In this document: piece after piece, positions 63,921 to 64,000 of the stretch
Numbering within the stretch: the stretch's first letter is position 1
Layout of the letters: each line of letters starts with the position of its first letter
Assembly: GCF_006345805.1 (NCBI RefSeq)
Contig: NW_021833007.1
Coordinates: forward strand, 1-64,000
Direction of reading: 5' to 3'
DNA length: 64,000 nt
DNA from: Octopus sinensis
Taxonomy: Eukaryota
Made by a program: the position numbers and the translations under genes
The notes under the pieces: model-generated
The model's database searches: none
Told to the model about the DNA's origin: nothing
The model's input: only the letters and a program-made list of their open reading frames with translations

Positions 63921-64000
63921 GAGGAGGAGGAGGAGGATGATATAGCGTCAAGGAGCACTGAAATATAACTGCAGCAGGCAAAAATTGCCCAGTTGTGGCA

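Overview
AT-rich, microsatellite- and repeat-dense eukaryotic DNA. The SINE/LINE families look like those of octopus/coleoid cephalopods (inference from recognised repeats, not a database hit). The main feature is a + strand multi-exon gene for a multi-pass membrane glycerophosphodiester phosphodiesterase of the GDE2/GDE3/GDE6 (GDPD5/GDPD2/GDPD4) subfamily. Twelve coding exons between 7069 and 39598 were reconstructed by hand with consistent phases (1572 nt including the stop). No first coding exon was found upstream within the window. The gene has one GC-AG intron, and its TAA stop is followed by a further 30 open, protein-like codons. At 61963-62079 lies a GDPD5-type first coding exon, which points to a second tandem GDPD gene or to an out-of-order assembly. 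The ~22 kb between them is a transposon nest: a Penelope-like GIY-YIG fragment, a non-autonomous Helitron, two divergently oriented decayed RepHel Helitrons (one carrying an OTU-like protease), a REL-endonuclease (Hero-like) LINE with a structured 3' UTR, a near-intact IR/DR Tc1 (DD34E), hAT and other MITEs, an LTR-like insert and a ~740 bp near-perfect tandem duplication. An RTE LINE follows the downstream exon. The introns carry CR1, Tx1-like, RTE and Tc1 fragments, SINEs, piggyBac-type MITEs and decayed minimal hammerhead-ribozyme motifs. No prokaryotic systems are present.
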